A DNA stretch of 59,149 bases, filler included. It is 8 parts of 8 records of this genome, joined end to end, with 100 filler letters (N's around TTAATTAATTAA, not from the genome) between each part and the next. Parts side by side here need not be neighbours in the genome. Positions count along the whole stretch, not along the records: positions 6,617 to 12,774 come from SRR31147125_110435; positions 12,875 to 18,322 come from SRR31147125_110494; positions 18,423 to 24,319 come from SRR31147125_110567; 5 more parts are not named here. One strand, 5' to 3'. The notes under the pieces were generated by a model that searched no databases, had not been told where the DNA came from, and saw only the letters and a list, made by a program, of their open reading frames with translations. The position numbers and the translations under genes were made by a program. Below, piece after piece: positions 8,285 through 20,600 of the stretch. The first letter of the stretch is position 1, and the number at the start of each line of letters is the position of its first letter.

Positions 8285-10468
8285 ATGAAAAACAGACGAA
8301 AAAAACTGCTCTATCAACACGCTATGAATGATGCAGACAGACGCTATCATCCGGAAATCGGACTTGTTTCCTCCGGTTCTATGGGTGAAGCTGAAGGCAC
8401 ATGCTTTAGACCGGCCGGCTCTCTCGGTTATGCTCTGGCTCTGCTGGCCGAAGGATATCCGGAATCGGTTGAGAGAGCCCGCACCATCATTTCCGCGGTA
8501 TTGGATTCCCAGGAACTGAACCCAGACAGACCCCACTATGGCAATTTTGTCTGGCTGGCAGGAGATTCAGAAGTCGGCGACCTGAACGCCGTGCAGTTCG
8601 TTATGAGGGGGCTCCTGCCGATTCTCATTCGGCATGAGCAAAAACTGCCGAATACTCTCATAGATCGCTGTAAAAAAGCACTTAAACTTGCGCTTAATGA
8701 AGAAGTCCTGCTGGATGTCTCCTATCAATATACCAACATTCATCTTATGTCTCTTTTTGCCCTGCTGACAGGAGGACAGTGGCTGGATGACGAACATTTC
8801 CGAAAGATCGGCAGGGAACGCTGGGAACGGTTTATACAGTTAACGGCAGCAGGCGGTGCTCCGTATGAATACAACAGCTTCAATTACTGTTCGGTGGACT
8901 TGTCAGTACTGGCCGCACTCATCAGCCTGACCGATGAAGATGATATAAGACTGCAGGCAAAACTGCTCTATGAACGCTTCTGGCTGCACGTCGGACTGCA
9001 TATACACTACCCGACTCACCAGCTGGCGGGACCGCACTGCCGTGCATACTGGAAACCGATGAATAGCGGGTATGGTTTGCTGGGTGATCTTATATGGAGT
9101 TTGACATGCTGGGATGAATTTATACACACAACGGATGACGGCACTGCTGAAATGGAGAGCCTCTACGCTCTTGAACTGCTGCAGACCGAACACAACCCGC
9201 CGGATTACCTATTCCCTTGGATACGGAACCAGAAAGCGTATATGCCTTATGAAGTTGTCGAATCGGTACATTCTCAGCGGGACGATGATATCATAACCTA
9301 CGTATCTCCATCATTTTCACTTGGAACGGCCGCACGCACCTACGGCATCGGGACGGATTGTTTTTATATTGAACATCAGGCTAACTATATGGCTTTGCAC
9401 TATACGAAACCCGATAACACCTGGAATATGGTTTATTCCCGTTTCGTCATAAACGACAGACACTGGAATACTATCTCCGCGGCTTCCGATCGCCCGACGA
9501 ATGCCAATTTCTATGAACAGGGCAATTACGGCGGTGTACAGGCTGCCGGAAAATCCATCAATCTTTATTCCCTTCTGCCTCAGCAGGAAGAGGTTTTCTC
9601 AATTAAAACGGCAATTGTCTTCCCGGCCGGTCAGGATATTACCAGAATACTGGTGAATGATAATGATGTCGACTGGAACGATTTGCCCCGAAGTATAGAG
9701 CCCGATGAATGGATTGTTGTTGAGGACGGCAATACTTATATCGGAATCTATCCGCTTGACTATTCCCATTTGGGACCCGGAACCGGAATTCAGTTGGAAC
9801 AGGGACCGTGCAGCGAATTATGGCTTACCGTTTCCAACTACCGGGGAACACCCAAACGATTCTGGGAATACGCATCGCTAAAAGGAGTATTCTGGAAGGG
9901 CAATATAAAAGCCGGGTATATTCTTGATGCTGCTGAGACTGCTGATTACCCGTGTGCGGAAGATTTTTCCAAAGCCCTGAGGCAGGCTGTCATTGAAGAC
10001 ACCATGAGTGAACGGCATGTGCGTTCAGTTCGTTATTATCGTGATGGAACGGACATCAGTCTGGATTACGACTTGATGGACAGCGATGTCCTGGAACGAC
10101 GTCGGAACGGTGAGAAAATTTCCCCGGCCGGGCTTTTGTCACCGTTAGCCGTGCATGGTTCATCCGGGTATCTGGAACTTGACGGCGCTGCCGTATCGGC
10201 AAATAAGCAGCCGATCATCCTCATTTCCCATACAGGGATTGCGGATTTTGAGTCGCGGATAGGTATTAATCTGACTGATGCCCCGACTCCTTTACGGTTC
10301 AGTACCCCGCAAGGTGTACTAACCGCAGAGAATTGGGGGATGGGCCGCATCGAATGGAAAACGTTTACATCCGGTAAACAGACAATAGAAATTCAGGGAT
10401 TGACAGAACCGGAAAATATATCGGCACCCGATGATGTCCGGGTCACATTTCAAAAAAGAAGCAGGTAA
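8285..10468 (+). CDS. Large hypothetical protein, possibly heparinase II/III or polysaccharide-lyase-like
   Basis: About 727-aa ORF, helical N-half and beta-rich C-half; EYNSxxY and GPHCRAY motifs; 2 nt from the sulfatase start; exact start uncertain. Confidence 0.6.
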   Translation: MKNRRKKLLYQHAMNDADRRYHPEIGLVSSGSMGEAEGTCFRPAGSLGYALALLAEGYPESVERARTIISAVLDSQELNPDRPHYGNFVWLAGDSEVGDLNAVQFVMRGLLPILIRHEQKLPNTLIDRCKKALKLALNEEVLLDVSYQYTNIHLMSLFALLTGGQWLDDEHFRKIGRERWERFIQLTAAGGAPYEYNSFNYCSVDLSVLAALISLTDEDDIRLQAKLLYERFWLHVGLHIHYPTHQLAGPHCRAYWKPMNSGYGLLGDLIWSLTCWDEFIHTTDDGTAEMESLYALELLQTEHNPPDYLFPWIRNQKAYMPYEVVESVHSQRDDDIITYVSPSFSLGTAARTYGIGTDCFYIEHQANYMALHYTKPDNTWNMVYSRFVINDRHWNTISAASDRPTNANFYEQGNYGGVQAAGKSINLYSLLPQQEEVFSIKTAIVFPAGQDITRILVNDNDVDWNDLPRSIEPDEWIVVEDGNTYIGIYPLDYSHLGPGTGIQLEQGPCSELWLTVSNYRGTPKRFWEYASLKGVFWKGNIKAGYILDAAETADYPCAEDFSKALRQAVIEDTMSERHVRSVRYYRDGTDISLDYDLMDSDVLERRRNGEKISPAGLLSPLAVHGSSGYLELDGAAVSANKQPIILISHTGIADFESRIGINLTDAPTPLRFSTPQGVLTAENWGMGRIEWKTFTSGKQTIEIQGLTEPENISAPDDVRVTFQKRSR

Positions 10469-10470
10469 TT

Positions 10471-11931
10471 ATGGCTGAAAATTATACAGAACACAAACAG
10501 AAACCGAACATCGTTTTTATCTTCACCGACGATCAGCGATTCGACACGATTTCCGCCCTCGGCAACCGGGAAATCGATACGCCGAATATGGACCGGCTGG
10601 TACGCTCGGGAACCACCTTCACTCATGCTCATATCATGGGTGCAACAGCTCAGGCAGTCTGCATGCCCAGCCGGGCTATGATGATGACCGGAAGAACTAT
10701 TTTTTCAATTGAGAACGAGGGACAGAGCATACCTGAAGCGCACACGACTATGTTTGAGTGGTTCCGCTCTCACGGCTATACCACCTGCCATGTCGGGAAA
10801 TGGCACCAAGACAGGGCATCGCACCATCGTTCATTCGATACCGGCTCCCGCATCTTCGGTTTTGAGAAACCGGGTACATGGTTTGCATCCAATGCCCACT
10901 GGCATACACCTGTTCACAATTTCGATCCGACAGGCAGCTACGATCCCGATGATACCTATATGAACCCGCCCTTGGAACCGTTCACACAGCCGTTTGAAAC
11001 AACCAAAGAGCACGGCAAACATTCAGCCGAATTCTTCACCGACGGTGCGGTAGAATTTCTGGAAGATCATGTGATTTCGGAAAACGGAAAACCGTTTTTT
11101 CTTTACCTAGCTCATCTGGCACCTCATGATCCCCGGCAATACCCCCGGCGTCTGGTCGAACGCTACCGGGAAAGCAATGTATCACTTCCAGACAATTTTG
11201 CAATTAAACACCCGTTCGACAACGGCGATTATTATGTGCGGGACGAACTGCTGGAAGCGCATCCCAGACGCCCCGAACGCATAAAACAGCACCTCGCCGA
11301 TTATTACGCAATCATCACACATCTTGATGAGCAGCTGGGCCGCTTGCTGGATCGGCTGGAAGCACTCGGTGAGGCTAAAAATACCATCATTGTATTTGCC
11401 GGGGATAATGGCCTGGCAGTTGGTCAGCATGGCCTCATGGGAAAACAGAACCTTTATGATCACAGTATCAGAGTGCCCCTTATCATTTCCGGACCCAACG
11501 TTCCTGCCGATCAGCGTACATCTGCATTCTGCTATCTGCTCGATATCTTCCCGACACTTTGCGATCTTACCGGTCTCGAGACCCCGGAAAGCGTTGAAGG
11601 TAAAAGCCTTCAGCCGGTAATGGAAAAACCTGCTGCATCAGTTAGGGATAAGCTGCACTTTGCCTACCGCGGAGTTCAGCGGGCCGTAAAATGGGGATCG
11701 TGGAAGTTGATTGAGTATGTTGTGAACGGAAGCAGAAAAACACAGCTTTTCAATCTGGCAGCCGATCCGTGTGAAATGCATAATCTGGCGGGAAGTCCGG
11801 AGTATACGGAATTTTTAAAAGAAATGCGTTCGGAACTGGAAAAACTGCCGCAGGAACTGGGAGATACTCGAGACCTGCATGGGAAACCGTTCTGGGAAGG
11901 GTACCACGCATTGACACCGGAAATACCCTAG
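10471..11931 (+). CDS. Formylglycine-dependent (Cys-type) sulfatase
   Basis: PNIVFIFTDDQ, TPNMDRL, CMPSR..MMTG, GKWH, PHDP, GDNG, GKQNLY. Confidence 0.93.
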   Translation: MAENYTEHKQKPNIVFIFTDDQRFDTISALGNREIDTPNMDRLVRSGTTFTHAHIMGATAQAVCMPSRAMMMTGRTIFSIENEGQSIPEAHTTMFEWFRSHGYTTCHVGKWHQDRASHHRSFDTGSRIFGFEKPGTWFASNAHWHTPVHNFDPTGSYDPDDTYMNPPLEPFTQPFETTKEHGKHSAEFFTDGAVEFLEDHVISENGKPFFLYLAHLAPHDPRQYPRRLVERYRESNVSLPDNFAIKHPFDNGDYYVRDELLEAHPRRPERIKQHLADYYAIITHLDEQLGRLLDRLEALGEAKNTIIVFAGDNGLAVGQHGLMGKQNLYDHSIRVPLIISGPNVPADQRTSAFCYLLDIFPTLCDLTGLETPESVEGKSLQPVMEKPAASVRDKLHFAYRGVQRAVKWGSWKLIEYVVNGSRKTQLFNLAADPCEMHNLAGSPEYTEFLKEMRSELEKLPQELGDTRDLHGKPFWEGYHALTPEIP

Positions 11932-11992
11932 ATAGTCAGACGGTGGGCAGAATATGCCCGACACCGGCCAGTATTTCGAAAGCAGCAGTCTG

Positions 11993-12774
11993 CTATTCTA
12001 TCGCATGCAGATAGCCGCCGGAACTGAGCATAAACAGTGTATTGTCATACCAGGCTCCACAGGATTCCTCAACACGATTTCCCATCCTGAATGTCCAGTA
12101 ACATGTGGTTGTTCCGTCGCCGTTTCCACGTTCATCAACACAGTAAATATAGGGTGATGCAAGCGATCCGAAATAGATTCTTCCGCCGGCAGCAATCGGT
12201 GCGGTATGACCGGCCCCGGGATGCGTCCAGACGATTTCCCTCGTATCAAGATCGATACAATAGACATTGCAGCCGACAGCGATACCGCCAAGACATCTTC
12301 CGATCATTGCCGAGGCAAACACCTTGTTGTCATGAAACGCGGGGGTAACGTTGAAATTCGATTTATCGATATGGATATTCCATTCAACCTCGCCCGTTGC
12401 ACTGTTCAGACACCTGAACTGACTTCCCGGACAGGGAAAATAGAGTTTTCCGTTATGCGCAATCTGAGAACCCGAATCGGATCCCTTGTTGAAATAGCGG
12501 CTCCATTTCACCTTCCCCGCTTCCGTATCTAATGCGTACATAAACTGGTCCCAACCGCCGAAAAACACCGTTTCACCATCCACGGTCGGTTCCGTGCATA
12601 CCGACTTATTCGTTCTGTACCGCCAAATTATTGCTCCGGTTTTCTCATCAAGACAGGCGGCATAGCCGTCAATACACGGAACGAATACTTTTCCTTGAGC
12701 AATGGTGCATGAACCCCAGACCCATCCGATCGACTGCTGCCAGATTTTTCGGCCTGTTTGGGCATCAATACAGT
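11993..12774 (-). CDS. PQQ-like beta-propeller repeat protein (5'-truncated)
   Basis: Repeated YALDxxxGxVxW and CLNxxTGEVxW blades. Confidence 0.8.
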
Positions 12775-12946
12775 NNNNNNNNNNNNNNNNNNNNNNNNNN
12801 NNNNNNNNNNNNNNNNNNTTAATTAATTAANNNNNNNNNNNNNNNNNNNNNNNNNNNNNNNNNNNNNNNNNNNNAAAATAGAGTTAAACCACTGATTTTT
12901 CTTCGAACAAACGCATAACGTTCGACAGCCATTGCAGGGAAATCGT

Positions 12947-14260
12947 ATGAATCTCAACAATCACGTCCGCAACGAATTTGGCAAAACCGACACACCCGAA
13001 AACACAATCGGCAATATCGCCACCGGCTTTGACCAATTGGGATACAATATCCACTATATGCCCTTTCAGGTGTCAGACCATATCCACTGGTCCCACATTT
13101 CGATAGATGCCATTCACTTGCAGTGCCAGGGTAAAGGCATGACACCGCAACTGGCCGAAGCGAGCGCACACGCCGAACTGGCCGAACGGTTCAGCGGCGG
13201 GTTGTTCTACCAGGCCTTTGAAGAGCAGGTACGCTTCAACATGCCCGCCCTTTACGGCCGCCAGGTCAACCGCTTCCTCAATTATGAGTGGCTGGACGGC
13301 TATGTGAACAGCCATCAGGACGACTTGAACGTCGGGCATCTCGCCATCGAATCGCTGCTGCGCAACCAGCCCCACCTCTATTCGGCGGATATCGAAAAGA
13401 TCAAGAACAGCCAAATGGCCGGGCACTGGGTGGATGGCTATTCGCTACTGCAGGCAAAAACAATCAAAGTCCCCATCAACTTTATTGCCTACATCAACGC
13501 CTCCAACGGCATGGCGGCCGGCAACACCCTGGAAGAGGCACTCATTCAGGCTGCCTGCGAAGTGTTCGAACGGTTTACGCAGATACAGATCATCGAACCT
13601 GAAACGCAGATTCCCACCATCGATAAAAACACCCTTAAGAGCGATAGCCTCCGGTCCATGATCGCCTTTTACGAAAAAGAAAACGTGGAGATCGTTTTGA
13701 AAGATTTTTCCATGGGCGGGCGATTTCCGGCCATCGGGGTGCTTTACATCAATCACAACCTGAAACCGGGGAGGTGGGAACACAAGATTCTGGTCCCCGG
13801 CGTCTCCTTCAACATGGACGAGGCGCTCAGCCGCTGCCTGACCGAAGTGATGCAGGGCCGCAACACCCTGAAGGCGCCCCGCCCGGACATGGACAAGCCG
13901 GTCATGCACCGCTCGCGCGTACAGAACCTCTACCTGCTGTTCAAATGCTGCATCTCGCCGAAGGACATCAGCTTCCTGGAAGATGGGGAGACCATCACGT
14001 ACAATAACAGCCGTAGCAAAGACATCCTCTCGGAAATCGATGCGATCAAGCGGATATGCCGCGCCCTTGATACAGACTGCATCGTATTGAACCTCACCCA
14101 TCCGGTGCTGCAATTCCCTGTAGTACGGGTCGTCATTCCGGGCCTCTCGGACTTTCTACCCTTCGTACCCAAAGATATATTAAAGTCCGTGGATACCAAC
14201 CCGGATTCGACTTGGCGGGGAGAAAAATTTAAGAACGTAATGGATTCTTTTTTCCCCTGA
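12947..14260 (+). CDS. YcaO-family protein
   Basis: GKGMT...ASAHAELAER and SNGMAAGNTLEEALIQAACEVFER ATP-binding motifs; PVVRVVIPG; C-terminal Pro. Confidence 0.9.
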   Translation: MNLNNHVRNEFGKTDTPENTIGNIATGFDQLGYNIHYMPFQVSDHIHWSHISIDAIHLQCQGKGMTPQLAEASAHAELAERFSGGLFYQAFEEQVRFNMPALYGRQVNRFLNYEWLDGYVNSHQDDLNVGHLAIESLLRNQPHLYSADIEKIKNSQMAGHWVDGYSLLQAKTIKVPINFIAYINASNGMAAGNTLEEALIQAACEVFERFTQIQIIEPETQIPTIDKNTLKSDSLRSMIAFYEKENVEIVLKDFSMGGRFPAIGVLYINHNLKPGRWEHKILVPGVSFNMDEALSRCLTEVMQGRNTLKAPRPDMDKPVMHRSRVQNLYLLFKCCISPKDISFLEDGETITYNNSRSKDILSEIDAIKRICRALDTDCIVLNLTHPVLQFPVVRVVIPGLSDFLPFVPKDILKSVDTNPDSTWRGEKFKNVMDSFFP

Positions 14261-14419
14261 TAAAAAAGTGGTGGGATTTGACGGCATAAGTGGCTGGGAA
14301 GATAGTTTTATTCGTCAAAACTTGGAGGCGGAAGTACTTCTCCAACTGTGACGTCCGATCTTTCTCCGGTTTTCTTATCTGATCCTTTTTCAATATCACC
14401 TTATCCCCGACAGATCATT

Positions 14420-15354
14420 TCAGGAAATTCCAGGGATCCCTTTGGCATAGCATTTAAGGGGAAAATCGTTAAAAACAGCCGCAAAGCATCTGTTGCATGA
14501 GATGCACGAAGCCTCCCTTTTCTTTCCTTCTCTAAATTTTTTTACGAGAAAAGGCTCCATGTTGAGGGCACGGCTCATGGAGATGAGGCCTGTCCAATTC
14601 TTCTCGACCAGCTCTTCAAATTGGCCAAGTCTCTTTAGTCCACCCACAAGCATCATCGCCTTTTTCCCAATATCGGATTGATCAATCTGGCGGCCTGAAG
14701 GTTATACGCCTCCTCGAATTTGACAACTCTTTTTTGATGTTCAAAATGATTTCTCTCACCAAACGAAACCGCTTTTCGTCACTGCCTCCCCAGCCATCTT
14801 GGCGATCGTTGAAGAATGGAGACAAAAATTCGCTGAGCAAATACCCATGGGCGCAATGCAGTTGAACGGCATCAACACCAGCTTCCACAGCCCTCCTGGC
14901 AGCTTCGACAAACGCGAAGGTGACATCTTCGATCTGTGATTCATCCATCTTTTTGGCCTTGTTCAAGCTAACCGGATCTCTTCCTTTGCCCGACGGAGCT
15001 AATGGACGCAAACCAATGAGTTTCCTGGGGACTTGCCGCCCCCCCATGTGCCAATTGGAAAGCAATTTTTCCTGAATTCGAGTGGACCTCGTCAACGAGC
15101 CGCTTCAATCCGGGGATCATTTTATCACTATGTATGCCGGCCTGATACTTCATCGCACGACCTCTCGGGTGGACAAACATATGTCCGGGAATGATCAGGC
15201 CGACATCGCCTTTGGCCGGATTTCGGCACCTCTCTATCAACCTGTCGGTCACCTCGCCTGTTTCCAGTGCCATTGCTTCGTAAGTTGCGGAGTGGACGAA
15301 ACGGTTCTTAATCTCCACATTGCCTATGTTGTGGGGCGTAAATAGATGAGACAT
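14420..15354 (-). pseudogene. Old yellow enzyme (NADH:flavin oxidoreductase) remnant
   Basis: Three pieces: KNRFVHSATYE...QLAHGG; a frameshift at the C7 run near 15040 into HCAHGYLLSEFLSP; then a gap and a C-terminal SCISCNRC piece. Confidence 0.8.
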
Positions 15355-15463
15355 AGTGACACTTTCAAAGTTCGGCGTCTGAATGTCAGCCATATTTGCA
15401 CTATAATTTTCGTCTCCGACTTGACAACTGACCACTTACGCCTTAAACATTGCGCTTACATAA

Positions 15464-15554
15464 TCATGTTGAGAGGCGCGAGGGAACTGGCCTGACGACC
15501 GCCCGGCAACCTATCCATTAAGGTGCTAAATCCAGCCCGAACAGGGGAACATGA
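15464..15554 (+). ncRNA. SAM-I (S-box) riboswitch aptamer
   Basis: TCATG..GAGAGGCGCGAGGGAACTGGCCTGACGACCGCCCGGCAACC...AAGGTGCTAAATCC...CATGA upstream of met genes. Confidence 0.92.
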
Positions 15555-15581
15555 GGTCTGAGCGACAACATGGCACAGCGT

Positions 15582-16945
<1,364 letters not shown>

Positions 16946-17086
16946 GTTTGTTGCGTTTGTTGGGTTTGTTGCATTATTTGGGTTATCTTGTTGGACGACG
17001 GAAACCCGACAACCAACCGCAACCCAACAAACCCATCAACCCAATGAACTCAATAAACACAATTAACCCTATAAACCCAATAAACT
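16946..17086. repeat. Degenerate 9-bp tandem repeats in inverted arms
   Basis: GTTTGTTGS units on the left; AACYCAAYA-like units on the right. Confidence 0.75.
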
Positions 17087-17094
17087 GAAGACAT

Positions 17095-18234
17095 ATGGAT
17101 CGCAACTCCGTAGGACAGATAACCCCTCAGACATTCACCTTCGGCAGCTCGGACGACCCGCTGGTGCTTGAATCGGGCTATACGTTGGGTCCGGTGGATA
17201 TTGTCTACGAAACCTACGGCGAACCCAATGAGGATCGCTCGAATGCCATTCTGATCTGTCACGCCCTCTCAGGGGACCACCATGTGGCAGGATATAACGA
17301 CCCCCACGACCGCCGCACCGGCTGGTGGGACAGCATGATCGGCCCGGGCAAGCCGTTCGACACCCGGCGCTTTTGGGTCATCTGCTCCAATATCATCGGT
17401 GGGTGCAAAGGCTCAACCGGGCCGACAAGCGTCGATCCGCAAACCGGCGAACCCTATGGCCTCAACTTCCCCGTGGTAACCATCGGCGACATGGTCGACG
17501 CCCAGAAACGCCTCATGGACCACCTGAAGATAGAACGCCTATACGGAATGGCCGGCGGCTCCATGGGCGGGTTTCAGGTGCTTGAGTGGATTCTGCGCTA
17601 TCCCGAAATGGTGCGCTCGGCCATCTGCATCGCATCGGCCTCTCGCCTTTCGACCCAGGCCATCGCCTTCAACAGTATCGGCCGCAGCGCCATCACACGC
17701 GATCCGGGATGGCAGGAGGGACGCTACAACGACAAGGGACCGGAGCAGGGATTGGCCACCGCCCGCATGATCGGCCATATCACCTACCTGTCGGAAATGC
17801 TGCTCGACGCCAAGTTCGGCCGACGGCTGCAATCAGCCGACCGGCTCAGCTACAACTTTTCCAGCGAGTTTGCCATCGAGAGCTACCTCAGCCACAAAGG
17901 CAGCGCGTTTACCGAACGGTTCGACGCCAACAGCTACCTCTATATCACCAAAGCGATGGACTACTTCGACATCAGCCGCTCCTACGGCCCTTTGAAGGAA
18001 GCGTTCGCCAGGGTTCAGGCCCGCTGCCTCTTTGTCTCCTACAGCACCGACTGGCTCTTTCCCACCAGTCAAACCAAGGAGATGGTGCGCGCCATGCTCT
18101 CCAGCGGTAAACCGGTCTCTTTCATTGACATCGACTCTCCTTACGGCCACGATGCCTTCCTGGTGGAAGAAGAGAGGCTGACAAGAATCATTTCCGGATT
18201 TTTGACCGGTGTGGAAAAGGAGGTGGGTGCATGA
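17095..18234 (+). CDS. metX: Homoserine O-acetyltransferase
   Basis: CHALSGD, GWWD, GGSMGG nucleophile elbow, RFDANSY, GHDAFL. Confidence 0.95.
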   Translation: MDRNSVGQITPQTFTFGSSDDPLVLESGYTLGPVDIVYETYGEPNEDRSNAILICHALSGDHHVAGYNDPHDRRTGWWDSMIGPGKPFDTRRFWVICSNIIGGCKGSTGPTSVDPQTGEPYGLNFPVVTIGDMVDAQKRLMDHLKIERLYGMAGGSMGGFQVLEWILRYPEMVRSAICIASASRLSTQAIAFNSIGRSAITRDPGWQEGRYNDKGPEQGLATARMIGHITYLSEMLLDAKFGRRLQSADRLSYNFSSEFAIESYLSHKGSAFTERFDANSYLYITKAMDYFDISRSYGPLKEAFARVQARCLFVSYSTDWLFPTSQTKEMVRAMLSSGKPVSFIDIDSPYGHDAFLVEEERLTRIISGFLTGVEKEVGA

Positions 18235-18322
18235 ATGCTCAATATGTGGATCGCCTCAGCCGAACCGACCGGGATGTGATCCTGACCCTGGTGCCCGAAG
18301 GCGTTTCGGTGCTCGATCTGGG
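18231..18322 (+). CDS. metW: Methionine biosynthesis protein MetW (N-terminal fragment)
   Basis: ATGA overlap with metX; RTDRDVILTLVPEGVSVLDLG. Confidence 0.75.
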
Positions 18323-18422
18323 NNNNNNNNNNNNNNNNNNNNNNNNNNNNNNNNNNNNNNNNNNNNTTAATTAATTAANNNNNNNNNNNNNNNNNNNNNN
18401 NNNNNNNNNNNNNNNNNNNNNN

Positions 18423-19221
18423 TGGGGTTGGAGGTTACGCCAGTGGCCCGCTATTAAGAGCCGCTGCAAAAAAAAGAGTGCCTTCGCTTATTCAGGAACA
18501 AAATTCGTATGCCGGCATTACAAATAAGTTGCTAAGCAAAAAAGCAAAAAGAATTTGTGTTGCTTACGATAAAATGGAGCAGTTTTTTCCTGCCGATAAG
18601 ATAATTCTAACGGGTAATCCGGTACGCGAAAATTTAATTGAAAAACAAGACAGAAAAGAAGCACTTGAATATTTTCAACTAAAAGAAGAGGATAAAGTAC
18701 TTCTAATAGTAGGCGGAAGCTTGGGTGCGCGTTCAATTAATCATTCGGTATTGAAGAATGTGAAATTGATAGCCGAGTCGGGTGTAAAAGTAGTTTGGCA
18801 AACCGGAGCAATTTATTTCGATCGGATGCTGGAAGAGCTAAAAGAATCGATTCCGGAAAATTTGCAGGTTCATAAGTTTATAAGCCGAATGGATTTGGCA
18901 TACGAAGTGGCCGACCTTATAATTTCGAGAGCCGGAGCAGGAACGATTTCTGAATTGTGTTTGGTGGGAAAAGCATCCGTTTTGGTGCCGTCGCCAAATG
19001 TTTCCGAAGACCATCAGACAAAAAATGCCCTGGCCCTGGTTGAAAAAGATGCCGCGATAATGGTGAAAGACACCGAGATTAACGAGGAACTTTTCCCCTT
19101 GGCTTTTGAAGTGGTAAAAGATGAAAAGCGGTGCAAAATACTTTCAGAAAAAGTAAAGTTACTTGCAAAGCCAAAAGCAACGAAAACCATTGTTGACGAA
19201 GTAGAGAAATTATTGAAATGA
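18423..19221 (+). CDS. murG: MurG glycosyltransferase (5'-truncated)
   Basis: GGYASGP, QEQNSYAG, TGNPVR, GGSLGA, SRAGA, DHQTKNA. Confidence 0.95.
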
Positions 19222-20594
19222 ACAGTATAAAAAATATAAAGAACGTTTATTTTCTGGGAATTGGAGGAATTGGAATGAGTGCCCTGGCGCGCTACTTTAA
19301 ATTCTCCGGGCGCAATGTGGCCGGTTACGACCGCACACAAACTGCACTTACCGATGCTTTACAAAGCGAAGGAATTGACGTTCATTTTGAAGACGATATC
19401 AAAAATATTCCGACAAATTGGAATCCGGCAGAAACCATTGCTGTTTATACGCCGGCTTTACCCGACGAACATAAGGAGTTGAACTGGTTTAAAAGTCAGC
19501 CCATTGGTTTGTTTAAGCGGGCAAAAGTTTTGGGTTTAATTACCAACGAAAAAAGTGGTATTGGAGTAGCCGGAACACACGGAAAAACCACAACCAGTAC
19601 CATGGTGGCCAACATTCTTGATAAAACAAAACTGGGATGTGGCGCATTTTTAGGAGGCATTTCGAAAAACTTTGGAAGTAACTTATTGTTGCCCAAAGAC
19701 GATTCTCCATGGATTGTTGCCGAAGCCGACGAGTTCGACCGTTCTTTCCTTCATTTAAATCCACAGTTGGCTCTTATTACTTCGGTTGATGCCGACCATT
19801 TGGATATTTATGGTGAAAAGGAACAGATTGTAGCATCGTTTGAAAAATATATTTCACAAATAAAAAGTGATGGTAAACTGGTGGTTAAAAAAGGTGTTGA
19901 GCTGGATTTAACAAAAACAAAGGCCACGGTTTATACTTACTCGTTGAAGGAGGATGCCGATTTTGCCGCTAAAAATTTGAGCCTGAATTCGGAAACCGGC
20001 TTCTATCAGTTCGACCTTAAAACTCCGGAAGGAATTATTGCCAACTGCCAAATGAATTACCCCGGACTTGTAAATGTTGAAAATACAATAGGAGCTTCAG
20101 CACTGGCATATTTAGCAGGAGCTTCGGCCAACGAAATTATAGAAGGAATTGCAGATTACGAAGGTGTGGCGCGTCGTTTTGATGTGCGATATAAAAGTGA
20201 AAATAAAATATACATCGACGATTACGCACATCATCCTGAAGAGTTAAAAGCATTTATTTCGTCGGTTAAAGCATTGTATCCGGGCAAGAAAATAACTGGA
20301 ATATTCCAGCCTCATTTATATTCGCGAACCAAAGATTTTGCGGATGAATTTGCTGCCAGTCTCGATCTGCTGGATAAGGCAATTTTGATTCCATTGTATC
20401 CGGCGCGCGAAGAACCGGTTCCGGGTGTTTCTTCTGAAATAATTTTTAATCCGATGAAACTGGGTGCAAAATTTTTAATGGAAAAAGAAGATGCACTGGA
20501 AGCCGTGAAGACAGATGAAAACGAAATAATTGTTACCATGGGAGCCGGCGATATCTACCGGATGGTAAATGAAATTGTAGATATTTTAAAATAA
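19218..20594 (+). CDS. murC: UDP-N-acetylmuramate--L-alanine ligase
   Basis: GIGGIGMS, AGTHGKTTT, EADEFDRSF, DDYAHHP, FQPHLYSRT. Confidence 0.96.
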   Translation: MNSIKNIKNVYFLGIGGIGMSALARYFKFSGRNVAGYDRTQTALTDALQSEGIDVHFEDDIKNIPTNWNPAETIAVYTPALPDEHKELNWFKSQPIGLFKRAKVLGLITNEKSGIGVAGTHGKTTTSTMVANILDKTKLGCGAFLGGISKNFGSNLLLPKDDSPWIVAEADEFDRSFLHLNPQLALITSVDADHLDIYGEKEQIVASFEKYISQIKSDGKLVVKKGVELDLTKTKATVYTYSLKEDADFAAKNLSLNSETGFYQFDLKTPEGIIANCQMNYPGLVNVENTIGASALAYLAGASANEIIEGIADYEGVARRFDVRYKSENKIYIDDYAHHPEELKAFISSVKALYPGKKITGIFQPHLYSRTKDFADEFAASLDLLDKAILIPLYPAREEPVPGVSSEIIFNPMKLGAKFLMEKEDALEAVKTDENEIIVTMGAGDIYRMVNEIVDILK

Positions 20595-20600
20595 TAGCAG

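Noticed and set aside
6274-14260. Cys-rich peptide as substrate of the YcaO
   Set aside because: They lie on different contigs from different organisms
16946-17086. Possible CRISPR array
   Set aside because: Units are 9 bp, degenerate and without spacers; no cas genes
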